Notes under the pieces: generated by a model
What the model was told of the DNA's origin: nothing
The model's database searches: none
The model's input: the letters and a program-made list of their open reading frames with translations, nothing else
IMG/VR virus record: IMGVR_UViG_3300022926_000007
Location: 17,747-81,746 of that record
From: a virus
DNA: 64,000 nt
Reading direction: 5' to 3' (one strand)
Part shown: one piece after another, positions 48,107-57,655 of the stretch
Numbering within the stretch: position 1 is the stretch's first letter
Layout: every line of letters starts with the position of its first letter
Position numbers and translations under genes: made by a program

Positions 48107-48411
48107 TTTACCCTCGCTATGTATTCATATGCTTGAATAGGACTCTCATCTTTATCATCATAAACATAGTCTAATTTTTTTTGAAAGAAATCTAATTTAT
48201 CTTTGTATTGAGATATATTATCAAATATCTTTTGTGCTTGTTTTTCTGTATAGTTATTGTGTATATCTCTTACCCAATTACCCTCATAGTAAACTCTACT
48301 TGTACCTGATATGTTACTTGGTTTAGCAAGTTCTCTTACTTGTAATACTGCCTCACCAATTCTAGCCTTTAAATAAGGGTCTAGTTCTTTTACTTGTCTT
48401 CTCGCCATCAC
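48103..48411 (-). CDS. Hypothetical protein
   Basis: GGAG RBS, coupled. Confidence 0.65.
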   Translation of the reverse strand: MMARRQVKELDPYLKARIGEAVLQVRELAKPSNISGTSRVYYEGNWVRDIHNNYTEKQAQKIFDNISQYKDKLDFFQKKLDYVYDDKDESPIQAYEYIARVK

Positions 48412-48422
48412 TTCTCTCCATA

Positions 48423-48830
48423 TTATAAATCAAGGCCAATTTGATTTAACTTTGGTCTGAAACTATAAAATAACTTATTATGGTTTCCTGAATCACCCTT
48501 ATTGGCCATTTGATAAAGGTGGACCATTTCGTGGCCTAAAGTGTCCACAAAATCTCTTTTACTGTTATATTCTGGTAACATTTCTAACCAGTATTGTCGT
48601 GTGCCTTTTCTTTTCCACTCCCAAGCAATCACTTGCCCATAACAGAATTTCTTTGTCTTATCTTTGTAAATCTTTTTAATCAAAATCTCATTAAAAGGTG
48701 ACAACTTGTTTTTAAATACCGCTTTATTAATCATAGCAAAATAATATTTAATGTCTTTGTAAGTTGTTTTATACTTCTTACGTGAAGACAATTCCCTTTT
48801 CAATTTCTTTTTGATTTGTGATTTATCCAT
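48423..48830 (-). CDS. SprT-like zinc metalloprotease
   Basis: TLGHEMVHLYQ (HExxH) and a downstream H..LF. Confidence 0.75.
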   Translation of the reverse strand: MDKSQIKKKLKRELSSRKKYKTTYKDIKYYFAMINKAVFKNKLSPFNEILIKKIYKDKTKKFCYGQVIAWEWKRKGTRQYWLEMLPEYNSKRDFVDTLGHEMVHLYQMANKGDSGNHNKLFYSFRPKLNQIGLDL

Positions 48831-48935
48831 TTTTCTTTTCTCCCCTTAAAAAATTTGTATAATAAAATTATAAAACCTGCCATAATTATAATAAAAATCT
48901 CTTTTGGTAATAATGTATAAATCAATTCAAATATT

Positions 48936-49127
48936 TCAAAAGGCATTGTGACCGCCTATTTCTAATATAATATAAAAAAATATCATAATTAAAAGTGAAA
49001 TAAATGTTAAACCACCTGTAACATATATTACACCCTTAATAATACTAGGAAAAAATCTTATTAAGAACAAAGCTGTGCTTAATAAAATAAATCCTATGAT
49101 TATAAATTCTATATTACTCACAATCAT
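48936..49127 (-). CDS. Small membrane protein
   Basis: Two hydrophobic segments. Confidence 0.5.
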   Translation of the reverse strand: MIVSNIEFIIIGFILLSTALFLIRFFPSIIKGVIYVTGGLTFISLLIMIFFYIILEIGGHNAF

Positions 49128-49452
49128 CCTCTATTTTAGAACCTTTAAGTAAAGCACACTTATATTCTTCGTCTGCTTTTAATCTCATTTCTGCCATCAC
49201 ACCATCAAGTATAGCTGGCAAATATTGTTGTAGAACACTAATTGATTCTAAAGCAAATTGATGAGCAATTTTTTGTAGTTCGCTTTCCATCAATTTTGAT
49301 ACATCTACGTTTGTACCATTTACTGTACTTTGTATAACGTGACCTACTACGGCCTTGTTATAATCATCAGCCATCACCGAGTTCATAAAACTCGTAAGAC
49401 TAAACCATAATGTAGCAAGAATAATTGCTAATGTTATCAAGTATTTTTTCAT
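49114..49452 (-). CDS. Signal-peptide hypothetical protein
   Basis: AAGGAG RBS. Promoter TTGACA-N17-TATCCT at 49477-49505. Confidence 0.7.
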   Translation of the reverse strand: MKKYLITLAIILATLWFSLTSFMNSVMADDYNKAVVGHVIQSTVNGTNVDVSKLMESELQKIAHQFALESISVLQQYLPAILDGVMAEMRLKADEEYKCALLKGSKIEDDCE

Positions 49453-49582
49453 AATATAATCTCCTTTATATTATTTAGGATACTACATTATGACCAAAAT
49501 GTCAAGCGTTAAAAAGCGTTGGGAGGTAAGGGTTTTTAGTAGGGCGTGAATGTCACACCCTACAAAATGAGTAGATTTTACT

Positions 49583-50095
49583 CTATTTTTTCATAAATTC
49601 GTCATTCCAGTTAAATGATTCTTTTACCATTTCAGCTGTTAGACCTTTATAAACTTTGTTTAGTTTTTTATCTTTTACATTTATTAGAACCTCAGCCTCA
49701 CTTTGATGTAGGCCTTCTAACATTTGTATAAACAAGGTTTCTTTCCTTGTTTTACTAATTGTACTATCGCCACCTTCTATAAACAAATACAATCTTCTTG
49801 TTTCATTCTTTAATAAAGTGTGTTCAGTACCAACTGGTGCCTCATTAGCGATATAAGGCGGTGTTCCTTCTGGTAATATCCACTTAATTTTAGGATCAAA
49901 GGCTGCCTTTAAAAGTTGTCTTATGTAAGGTTGATCGTACCTTTTTAAAACTTCTATCTTTTTAGGCTTATCTTTGGCGTTATTAATTTTAGTAAAAATC
50001 TCGTGTACAGTTTCTCCAGCAGCACCTGATGTGGCTGACATAGCTGACATAGCTTTTCTACTAATTAAGTTTGGGTTTTGTGTTGGCTCTGCCAT
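49583..50095 (-). CDS. Conserved T4-like marine phage protein
   Basis: LP.G.PPY, RKETLFIQMLEGLH..EA. Adjacent to rnh. Confidence 0.75.
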   Translation of the reverse strand: MAEPTQNPNLISRKAMSAMSATSGAAGETVHEIFTKINNAKDKPKKIEVLKRYDQPYIRQLLKAAFDPKIKWILPEGTPPYIANEAPVGTEHTLLKNETRRLYLFIEGGDSTISKTRKETLFIQMLEGLHQSEAEVLINVKDKKLNKVYKGLTAEMVKESFNWNDEFMKK

Positions 50096-50117
50096 AATTT
50101 ACTCCATATATATGTTA

Positions 50118-50963
50118 TCAGAAATCACTAATATTCTCAATCATTGACTTCAATTTATTTTCTATAAAGTAAGGCAACAGTAGCGACCTGTCTGGTACTT
50201 TATAGCTTCTAAATGTATTTATAATGTTATTTTCTATCGTTAATGGTATTTGGGATAGATCAATTAACTTCTTATTTCTATTAAAGTTCTTTTTGGTTTC
50301 TGACCCTAATGGTATATTATCTACATTTGACCACTCTTCCAACTTTTGTTTTGTAATTGGTTTTTGTCTTTCACCCGTTTTAAATACATCATCTGGACTT
50401 AATATATTTGGTACACCATCTGATCTATCACCTTTAATAATTTGTTCTCTTAAAAATTTAATTGGATCTAATTGTTCACCAATGTAGGCCTTTAAAAACG
50501 GTGACCATTGGTATACATCACCATAATGTTGTAATTGTATAAAGTCTTTATCACCTGAAATAATTAAATACTTGTCTTCTTCTCTTAATTTTACAAGTGT
50601 TGCTATAATATCATCTGCTTCAGCGTTCTCAACATACATTACAATGTAAGGAAAACTTTTAGCAATCTCATTTTTAATTTCTGTGATTATTTTAAAGATA
50701 TTATCCCAATCAAATGGTCCATCTAATCTACTTTGTTTTCTACTGTACTTATAATTAGGAAAGAAATCTCTACGCCAAGGATCACCAGCGTCTGAACATA
50801 ATACCATTGTACCATATTCTTCTTTAAACTTTACATTAAAACCTCTTAAAGAATTTAAGACCATATGTCTAATCATTTCTTTATTTGGTTTTACATCACC
50901 TTTACCTCTTACTTGAGCCATAAGGTTTGATATTAAAACTTGATTAAGGTCTACTAAAATCAT
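50118..50963 (-). CDS. rnh: T4-type RNase H (5'-3' exonuclease)
   Basis: ILVDLNQ, WRRDFFP.YK, EADDIIA, SGDKDF.QL, GDRSDGVPNI. Confidence 0.95.
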   Translation of the reverse strand: MILVDLNQVLISNLMAQVRGKGDVKPNKEMIRHMVLNSLRGFNVKFKEEYGTMVLCSDAGDPWRRDFFPNYKYSRKQSRLDGPFDWDNIFKIITEIKNEIAKSFPYIVMYVENAEADDIIATLVKLREEDKYLIISGDKDFIQLQHYGDVYQWSPFLKAYIGEQLDPIKFLREQIIKGDRSDGVPNILSPDDVFKTGERQKPITKQKLEEWSNVDNIPLGSETKKNFNRNKKLIDLSQIPLTIENNIINTFRSYKVPDRSLLLPYFIENKLKSMIENISDF

Positions 50964-51111
50964 TTAAATATTTCTTTTTATACCATTGATAAAACATCTT
51001 ATCGCCAAAGTATTCTACAATATGACTTGCTGGCACTTGGTCACTTCTAATACAATCGGCCACTTCTTGGTATTCCGTTCTATCAATCTTTAATTGTTTT
51101 TGTGGTTTCAT
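50944..51111 (-). CDS. Hypothetical protein
   Basis: YQEVADCIRSDQV. Start probably at the ATG near 51111. Confidence 0.6.
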   Translation of the reverse strand: MKPQKQLKIDRTEYQEVADCIRSDQVPASHIVEYFGDKMFYQWYKKKYLNDFSRP

Positions 51112-51112
51112 T

Positions 51113-51268
51113 TTAGCTAAAGTCAAAGGGGTCTTTTTTCTTTTTATATGCTTCAATTCGTTCAAAGTTTTTTCTATGTCTTTCATATATTATATAGACT
51201 AGTGTAAAACCTACAACATAAACTATTAAACTAATAAATCCTAATATTAATCCTCCTGTAAATGTCAT
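51113..51268 (-). CDS. Small single-TM protein, 51 aa (absent from ORF track)
   Basis: MTFTGGLILGFISLIVYVVGFTLVYIIYER... Confidence 0.5.
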   Translation of the reverse strand: MTFTGGLILGFISLIVYVVGFTLVYIIYERHRKNFERIEAYKKKKDPFDFS

Positions 51269-51270
51269 TT

Positions 51271-51300
51271 TAAAAATGGTGGCGATTTCTCGCCACCAAA
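51271..51300 (-). terminator. Rho-independent terminator
   Basis: TGGTGGCGA/TCGCCACCA stem with a T-run on the - strand. Confidence 0.7.
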
Positions 51301-51312
51301 TGTATATCTTTC

Positions 51313-51675
51313 TTAAGCGTCAATAGAAGCTACTGTAGCTTTTGTAGGAGCTTTAGTGCTAGCATTGTCGTATTTAAAAGGTGTTCCGTATAAAGCCTGG
51401 ATACCAGCAGCTATGATAGCTCTTGTAGGGTTACCCATTCTGTAAACGTGTTTACCTTTTTGTTTTGAACCGTAGATCATATAACCTTCAGCTCTTAAAG
51501 TATCAACCATAGCTCTTGGTGATTTTAAACCGAAAGTCGTATTTAAAGCTTTCCAAGATACTGATTGTCCTCTTTGTAATAGATTTAGAATTTTGTCTTT
51601 TTTAGACATTTTTTTTCTGCCTCTAGTTTCTGTTTTATTAGATTTTAAACCAAACATAATTTTCTCCTTTATCAA
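51313..51675 (-). CDS. Winged-helix-like DNA-binding protein
   Basis: KILNLL..G..VSW......FG..SPRA.V..LR.EGY.IY. Confidence 0.6.
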   Translation of the reverse strand: MIKEKIMFGLKSNKTETRGRKKMSKKDKILNLLQRGQSVSWKALNTTFGLKSPRAMVDTLRAEGYMIYGSKQKGKHVYRMGNPTRAIIAAGIQALYGTPFKYDNASTKAPTKATVASIDA

Positions 51676-51729
51676 TTGGTTAATAATACTATTTTACAAC
51701 CTGTTAAGGCGATTCTCGTAAGAATTTTG

Positions 51730-52194
51730 TTAATCATCTAAATTATCTCCATCAAACATACCATTTAGATCATTTAATTCGTCTTTAAATTCGTTGCTTA
51801 AAGGCTTTTGATTTTTAGCTTTTATCTCTAAAACCTTTGTATAATCTATTTTAGCTGACTTTTCACCTCTTTTATTAATATTAATCTCTACAATTTTATC
51901 TGCTAGTTCTTGTGTAGGATGTTTCATATCAAAATCTCTATAGATTAAACCTCTAATCAAATCTACCACTAATGCTAAATCTTTTGTGAAATTATATCCG
52001 TCAGTTTTAACAGCAAGATCATATAGTTGTCTTAATAAGTTCATACTAATATCGTCAACAGCCGTTTCTACAAATTGTTTTGTTTGTTGAGCTTGTATCT
52101 TTTTAGCGGTCTTATCATCTTTTGGTGGACCTGCTGTTGATCGTTCAACAATACGGTTTGTTGGAAATGGTATGATTTTATTATCATCTGACAC
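51730..52194 (-). CDS. Hypothetical protein
   Basis: KIIPFP N-terminal motif. Confidence 0.7.
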   Translation of the reverse strand: MSDDNKIIPFPTNRIVERSTAGPPKDDKTAKKIQAQQTKQFVETAVDDISMNLLRQLYDLAVKTDGYNFTKDLALVVDLIRGLIYRDFDMKHPTQELADKIVEININKRGEKSAKIDYTKVLEIKAKNQKPLSNEFKDELNDLNGMFDGDNLDD

Positions 52195-52457
52195 TATATA
52201 ATCTCACCCTTAAAGTTTACTTTTCCCATATCAGCAAAAAACTCTACTAATTGATTATAACCACCAACTAGTTTACCATCAATTTTAATTTGTGGCATAG
52301 TTCTTACTTGTTTACCTATGTCTTCTAACATAGCTTGAGGAGAGTCAAACTCTTCCATCTTTTTTTCTGTATATTCATAACCTAAAGACTTAACCAAATG
52401 TTTAGCCTTATTACAAAATGTACAGTTTTGTTTACTGTATATTATTATTTCCATCAT
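52194..52457 (-). CDS. Glutaredoxin
   Basis: CTFC, TMPQI, VGGY. Confidence 0.92.
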   Translation of the reverse strand: MMEIIIYSKQNCTFCNKAKHLVKSLGYEYTEKKMEEFDSPQAMLEDIGKQVRTMPQIKIDGKLVGGYNQLVEFFADMGKVNFKGEII

Positions 52458-53049
52458 CTTTACCTATTAAGTTATCGTAAGCGATTTGAGCCTTCTCTTT
52501 TACATTATAAGCGTCAACAGCTTCAGCAATTGTGAAGTTATACATTTTATTGTATTCGCCCATTGGTAATCTTAAACCAATCCAACTTCTATAATAACCT
52601 TGTTTAGTTATAGTTACATCTTTAGCAAATATTTCATAACCTCTAACTGGTGTATCTTTAATTAAGTTTACAATCGTACTCTCAACTTCGGATACTGTAG
52701 TTTTTGTATGAGTCTTTCCCAATTCAGTAATGAATTGTTTGGAAGATTTATTCATTTCTCCTTTAATAATGTCAGCCATTTCTGCTTTAGCAATCATCAT
52801 AGCTTTTTCAATTGATAATGCCAAGTCTGGCGATACGGCTGTACCAACACCAAAGATACACATTTTATCTTTGTCTTTACCAAAAGTAGGTGTATCACAC
52901 GCTTTCTTATCTGAAAAGTCATTCATATACCATTTTGGCACTTGATTTAAAACTTTACCTTTTTCACTTTTCATCTTATATGTCGCTGAACAGTTAGCCA
53001 CTAATAGGCCTGCTACAACAACTGTAAGTAGTTTTTTCATTTTATTCAT
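52432..53049 (-). CDS. Lipoprotein (LPP20-like)
   Basis: Lipobox VANC, VP.WY, GVGTA.S.D...S..KA...AK. Confidence 0.7.
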   Translation of the reverse strand: MNKMKKLLTVVVAGLLVANCSATYKMKSEKGKVLNQVPKWYMNDFSDKKACDTPTFGKDKDKMCIFGVGTAVSPDLALSIEKAMMIAKAEMADIIKGEMNKSSKQFITELGKTHTKTTVSEVESTIVNLIKDTPVRGYEIFAKDVTITKQGYYRSWIGLRLPMGEYNKMYNFTIAEAVDAYNVKEKAQIAYDNLIGKDDGNNNIQ

Positions 53050-53072
53050 AATTAATTAACCTCACTTTTTAC

Positions 53073-53101
53073 ATTATATACTAATTGTTGTAATTTGTCA
53101 A
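53073..53101 (-). promoter_or_regulatory. Sigma70-like promoter
   Basis: TTGACA-N17-TATAAT (perfect consensus). Confidence 0.8.
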
Positions 53102-53188
53102 GTCCCATTGAAACATAGTCTAAAAACTCACTTCCAGACATTCCAGTTACTATAATTACAACAAGTGAGATTATGATTATATTCTTAA

Positions 53189-53569
53189 TCATTTAACCTC
53201 CCATTCACCATCTATTTTTAAACACGTCTTTCCTGGTGTTTTAAAGACGTGGTTTGGCCGACTATAATATCGGCAATATTCTGGAGCTGATACATCACGG
53301 TAATAAAACTGAGCAAATAACTCCCAATAACCTGGTGTTTCTATGCCTTTTTTACCATCAGCACACTCCAAAATTTCTTCTTTGATTATCTCATCATCTT
53401 TTTGTTTGATAATCACTTTTATAAAACAATATTGACCATCAGTTTCTTCAGGTGATATTGATTTAATTTTACTATGTAATATTTTTTCACCTGAAAATGC
53501 TATATTTACAAGACCAGGTATTAAAAGTAAAACCAAAAATATTAAAAATAAAACTCTTTTCTTATTCAT
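53189..53569 (-). CDS. Membrane-anchored Cys-containing protein
   Basis: N-terminal TM. C-terminal C...DG.W like the adjacent gene. Confidence 0.65.
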   Translation of the reverse strand: MNKKRVLFLIFLVLLLIPGLVNIAFSGEKILHSKIKSISPEETDGQYCFIKVIIKQKDDEIIKEEILECADGKKGIETPGYWELFAQFYYRDVSAPEYCRYYSRPNHVFKTPGKTCLKIDGEWEVK

Positions 53570-54039
53570 CTTTTTTCAATCCATTGTCCATCTGGTAACT
53601 GACACGCTGTACCAAATACTGCTTTTCTATTAGGACTACCAATCCCAATTAATGGCCATTGTTGAGTAATATCTACGGTAGCGTCATAATCTTTACACTT
53701 TAAAGGACCTTTCATATAAGAGCTACTTGTTTTAATTATACCACTATTGCCTGTTTTTGTATTGTACCAATTCGTATATGATTGTTTTGATGGACTTGTA
53801 TTTAAATGATCTACAAATACCGCATTGTGTACATCATAATCAGATTTGTACATTATCTCAGCACCCGCAAAAGCACCTACTAAAGCACAAGCTCCAATAG
53901 CGTAAGGGTCATTTACTCCCATTTCAACACATACACCAGTTGTTGTAGCACCACCTAATGTAGCACCAACAGTTGATCTATTAGCGCTACAATTAGTTAA
54001 CAACAAACAAACAACAAACAATAATAATGTTTTAGGCAT
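53566..54039 (-). CDS. Lipoprotein, RT0821/Lpp0805 (rickettsial 17-kDa antigen) family-like
   Basis: Lipobox LTNC, glycine zipper, W.N..TGNSG, C..Y, GTAC..PDG.W. Confidence 0.78.
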   Translation of the reverse strand: MPKTLLLFVVCLLLTNCSANRSTVGATLGGATTTGVCVEMGVNDPYAIGACALVGAFAGAEIMYKSDYDVHNAVFVDHLNTSPSKQSYTNWYNTKTGNSGIIKTSSSYMKGPLKCKDYDATVDITQQWPLIGIGSPNRKAVFGTACQLPDGQWIEKR

Positions 54040-54189
54040 ATAATTTTTTAATTGTATCATTTACTTCGTAAAGTTTATCTTCAATTTCTTGTATTTTACC
54101 AGATGAACCGCTAAACTCATAAAGTTCTAATTGATCTGTAAGTTCTTTTTTTTCTTCTTCTAATTTTTTTATTTGTATATCTTTATCGC

Positions 54190-54432
54190 TCATACACCTT
54201 CCTCTAAAAATTTATCTGTATAGTTTTTTGGTAAATCATTGTCATCAAAAACGTTTTCATATTTTGATTTATCATTTGAAAGTAATAAACATTCTGATTG
54301 AATATCTGAAATCATATTATCTATTTCTTCATCAGATGCCTTCGGATTACCATATTTCATAGTCCGAAGTTTATCTGACATTTTTTTTAGATTATCAATC
54401 TTATCACAGAACTGACTAATTTTGTGAAGCAT
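54190..54432 (-). CDS. Hypothetical protein
   Basis: Coupled ORF in early cluster. Confidence 0.6.
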   Translation of the reverse strand: MLHKISQFCDKIDNLKKMSDKLRTMKYGNPKASDEEIDNMISDIQSECLLLSNDKSKYENVFDDNDLPKNYTDKFLEEGV

Positions 54433-54634
54433 CGCCTTGTCCTGTTAAGTTTGAAAAGAAAGATTTAATCTTTGCCCAATTGGCAGCGTTCTGTTCTTTA
54501 CCTTCTTCCCAACTTGATTTTTGATATTCTACTATCTTATTCTTTTCATTTTCAATCCAATTAGTAACTGGATTTGCTTTTGCCATAATAGTAGTCATTA
54601 AAACTAAAATGGTTATCATCATCATTGTTCTCAT
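54416..54634 (-). CDS. Signal-peptide hypothetical protein
   Basis: MRTMMMITILVLMTTIMAKA signal peptide. Confidence 0.6.
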   Translation of the reverse strand: MRTMMMITILVLMTTIMAKANPVTNWIENEKNKIVEYQKSSWEEGKEQNAANWAKIKSFFSNLTGQGDASQN

Positions 54635-54635
54635 A

Positions 54636-54923
54636 CTATATTTTCCTTCCCATTGTTTTAAAGTCCACAGCATCAACGATCATATATGGACCTTTGTTAT
54701 ACGCCACACTAATTGTTTTGCCTGTAGGTATTTGTGTGGAATAAACTCTTTTAGTTGTGGTACCTACAATTCTATCTGAAGTTGGAATGGATGGCCTACA
54801 TTTATAATTTGGCATATCATAACCGTCAAATGATGTATAATCTGAATCAATATTGACGCCTAATGATCTACAATAATTATCGTAGTCTTTTCTAATCTTA
54901 TCTAACTTCTCTTTTTTTGTCAT
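54636..54923 (-). CDS. Hypothetical protein
   Basis: AYNKGPY motif. Confidence 0.65.
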   Translation of the reverse strand: MTKKEKLDKIRKDYDNYCRSLGVNIDSDYTSFDGYDMPNYKCRPSIPTSDRIVGTTTKRVYSTQIPTGKTISVAYNKGPYMIVDAVDFKTMGRKI

Positions 54924-55270
54924 TATTGAATAGTATCTACTTGTTCTTTTTTCTTATAGACTTTTTCACCTTTAGTCAAATCAAAATATTCAAGTTCTTC
55001 TTGTGCTTTCTTTTCAGCATAAGTCATATTAAATATTCTTTTATAAAAAGCGTCAATCGGTTTTGGAGCTGACCAATCATCTATCAAGTTTTGTAAATGA
55101 TCTGTAGTTAAATTAAGATTACTGAAGTTTTTAGGGGCTTCAATCATATCTTCTTTAAGAGCTTTTAGATATTCTATTCTGTGTTTGTATGATTTCTTCA
55201 TAGCATTTCTCTCATCTTTTTGAGTAGCCATCTTAAACTCTTTGTGTATCATTTCTTTTGTATAAAACAT
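54923..55270 (-). CDS. Hypothetical early protein
   Basis: RBS. Promoter TTGACA-N17-TATTAT at 55302-55330. Confidence 0.7.
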   Translation of the reverse strand: MFYTKEMIHKEFKMATQKDERNAMKKSYKHRIEYLKALKEDMIEAPKNFSNLNLTTDHLQNLIDDWSAPKPIDAFYKRIFNMTYAEKKAQEELEYFDLTKGEKVYKKKEQVDTIQ

Positions 55271-55429
55271 AATATATTCCTTTTGTTAGTTATTTGTATT
55301 AATAATATCATAAAACCATTGGATTGTCAAGCCTATAAAAATCATTGATTTTACTAGTTTTTTTACTCCTGGAACCGTCCAGGACACGCCAGGATTGGCG
55401 ATTTGTAGCTTATGTGAGTAGTACATCAT

Positions 55430-55582
55430 CTACTTTTTTCTACTTATGATTGAATCTAGTTTATCTTTAATATCAGCCATTAGCGAACCAAGTGTTAAAC
55501 AAAGATACATATAAATTTTACCAGAAAAGGTAATTGCTGTGGCAAATATCAATATAATTAAAATCAATAATAACCATTCCAT
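55430..55582 (-). CDS. Small membrane protein, 50 aa (absent from ORF track)
   Basis: MEWLLLILIILIFATAITF... Confidence 0.5.
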   Translation of the reverse strand: MEWLLLILIILIFATAITFSGKIYMYLCLTLGSLMADIKDKLDSIISRKK

Positions 55583-55583
55583 A

Positions 55584-55781
55584 TTACTTACCCTCCGCTT
55601 CTAACTCTAATGAAGTATGAATATCTGATTGTGCTTTAGCCCACTCATCAAAAGCGTCAACTTCTTTTTGTAATTTATTTCTATAAGTAGTTAAAACTTG
55701 CTTAGCGTCATTCACTCTTCCGTCTTCAATCTGATTTAACGCTAAATCAATTATATCTATTGTAGCTAATGTGTCTATCAT
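55584..55781 (-). CDS. Hypothetical protein
   Basis: AGGAG RBS. Confidence 0.65.
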   Translation of the reverse strand: MIDTLATIDIIDLALNQIEDGRVNDAKQVLTTYRNKLQKEVDAFDEWAKAQSDIHTSLELEAEGK

Positions 55782-55788
55782 AGTTCTC

Positions 55789-56004
55789 CTATATTCCCAA
55801 GGCAGTTATTGTTTGTTCTTCGGTGGTCGGTATTGGTTTGCCTTGTTGTAACCAATCAACCATCATTTCAAAATAAAAGGCCTCATCTTCTTTACCGCTG
55901 GCCTCTAAAACTTTTTGTCCCATTTTAAAGAATTTTAAAACGGTCATATCTTTCATACCTGGTTCTATTGCTCTAACTACTTTACCTGGTCTTTGATTGC
56001 TCAT
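55789..56004 (-). CDS. Hypothetical protein
   Basis: GGAGG RBS. Confidence 0.65.
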   Translation of the reverse strand: MSNQRPGKVVRAIEPGMKDMTVLKFFKMGQKVLEASGKEDEAFYFEMMVDWLQQGKPIPTTEEQTITALGI

Positions 56005-56258
56005 CTATCACCTCCCTTAAAATCATCTAAATGGTTTAAATTAGCATATCTACCTGCCTCATTTATAGCATAGGCTAAAGTCTGTCTATGTTTCTTAACC
56101 GTTTTTTGATACAATTCTTTTGCCTCTTTATATGTCTTTACAATGGTCTTTGTACTTCTATCTAACGATCTCCACTCCATAATAGAATACTCTACAGCAT
56201 TGTCTATAATAGATTGTTCCCACTCGTTAGGTTTATTGTTCATTAGCATATCCATCAA
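56001..56258 (-). CDS. Hypothetical protein
   Basis: Coupled ORF. Confidence 0.6.
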   Translation of the reverse strand: MMDMLMNNKPNEWEQSIIDNAVEYSIMEWRSLDRSTKTIVKTYKEAKELYQKTVKKHRQTLAYAINEAGRYANLNHLDDFKGGDR

Positions 56259-56568
56259 TTATAATATCACCGTGATCTGGTTCATCTTCATCTTCTTGTA
56301 TTAAAACTTTACCTATAAACTCGGTATCACCACTATCAGTATAATTGGCGTCTACCATAAAAGTTTCAACACCATTTTTATTAGTAGTTATTTCGTGGTT
56401 AATTTGTGAATGGTCTACACCACCGTCATCTAAAAACTTTTGATCGGCCTCGTCTTTATCTTTTGCCAATACTTCTTGTTCAACCACTAGTGTATAATAT
56501 GTTTTCTTTCTATAGAGATTTTTACCTAAATCTTCTTTCATAGGGTAAACATTTGTATCTACTGTCAT
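56233..56568 (-). CDS. Acidic hypothetical protein
   Basis: AAGGAG RBS. Confidence 0.65.
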   Translation of the reverse strand: MTVDTNVYPMKEDLGKNLYRKKTYYTLVVEQEVLAKDKDEADQKFLDDGGVDHSQINHEITTNKNGVETFMVDANYTDSGDTEFIGKVLIQEDEDEPDHGDIIIDGYANEQ

Positions 56569-56583
56569 AATATAGTTCTCCTT

Positions 56584-56847
56584 TTACTTTTTACTGTCCT
56601 CACTACTCATCAATAAAACAATATAGTGTATTGCTTTTAATAAATCTTTACGGTTTTTACCGTCTTTCTTACCATATCGGCAAAGATACTTAATGGCATT
56701 TGCTTGGCAAAAATCTTTGTCAATATCAAGTTGTCTTAACATATCTTGTACCTGGAAACCGTCTTTAGTTGTACTATAGTGTTCACCATAAGTACCCTTA
56801 ATGTAATCGTGTATTTCTTTTACTATTTTATCTTCGTTGTATTTCAT
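56584..56847 (-). CDS. DUF3310 family protein
   Basis: TY..HY, FCQANAIKYL.RYGKKDG...KDLLKA.HY. Confidence 0.8.
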   Translation of the reverse strand: MKYNEDKIVKEIHDYIKGTYGEHYSTTKDGFQVQDMLRQLDIDKDFCQANAIKYLCRYGKKDGKNRKDLLKAIHYIVLLMSSEDSKK

Positions 56848-57251
56848 TATTGTAAACCTCTTTCATTATATATTGGTACATATTTTTTTGTTTTTTTCAA
56901 ATCAAAATCTTTTCTTAAAGATTGTCTATCCCATTTCTGACCGTAATCATTAAATAAGTTTTTATTACCGGCAGCTACATCTGGCCATACATCTTCATAA
57001 GTTTGATAGTATTGGTCTTCTTCAATTAATTCAATTCTAGTAGAATTAGCAAAGTTGGTTGCCGACTCACTATAATTCCAATCTAAAAACTTTATTAGTT
57101 TCATCTTTGTTTTTTGACTTTGAAATTTTTTTCTAAACTTTTCTGGTACATTTCTATACACAGTTTCATAGTGATAAAAGAAATCACCTTGATGTTCAGG
57201 ATCCATATACTCTCTTAAATAACAAACGTTAAAAGTTTTATTCTTATTCAT
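56847..57251 (-). CDS. Hypothetical protein
   Basis: Coupled ORF. Confidence 0.65.
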   Translation of the reverse strand: MNKNKTFNVCYLREYMDPEHQGDFFYHYETVYRNVPEKFRKKFQSQKTKMKLIKFLDWNYSESATNFANSTRIELIEEDQYYQTYEDVWPDVAAGNKNLFNDYGQKWDRQSLRKDFDLKKTKKYVPIYNERGLQ

Positions 57252-57439
57252 TATTGTAAACTCCAGTAAATTATTTCATCAATGTTTTCAGCGTCAATAT
57301 TCAACATATTAATATTTTCAACATTTAATATTTCTTTTTTCGCTTTATCTTCATCAATATTACCAGACTTCATATGAGCTAGTATTTGATCTACTTTGTT
57401 TTCCGCTTCATCAGCGTAGTATTGTTTTACTTTTGACAT
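57251..57439 (-). CDS. Hypothetical early protein
   Basis: AAGGAG RBS before MSKVK. Promoter at 57475-57502. Confidence 0.65.
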   Translation of the reverse strand: MSKVKQYYADEAENKVDQILAHMKSGNIDEDKAKKEILNVENINMLNIDAENIDEIIYWSLQ

Positions 57440-57474
57440 AGTGTTTTCTCCTTTATTGTTTAACATATACTATT

Positions 57475-57502
57475 ATAATATCATACCTGGCCTATAAGTC
57501 AA
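57475..57502 (-). promoter_or_regulatory. Sigma70-like early promoter
   Basis: TTGACT-N16-TATTAT with a TG extension. Confidence 0.65.
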
Positions 57503-57655
57503 GCGTTATTTTATGTTGATTTTATTGATTTTTTGGTAGAACAATACCAGAACATTTGTAGGGAAGGGTGATTTTGGCCTATTTCCAGTTATTTTTGACC
57601 CAATTCTGGTCTGATTCGTAAAGAGTGTGTAAATTGTTCTACAACCTTTTTAGTG

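Noticed and set aside
53998-54028. CAAA/CAA microsatellite-like run
   Set aside because: Explained by Leu/Val/Phe codons of a signal peptide on the - strand.
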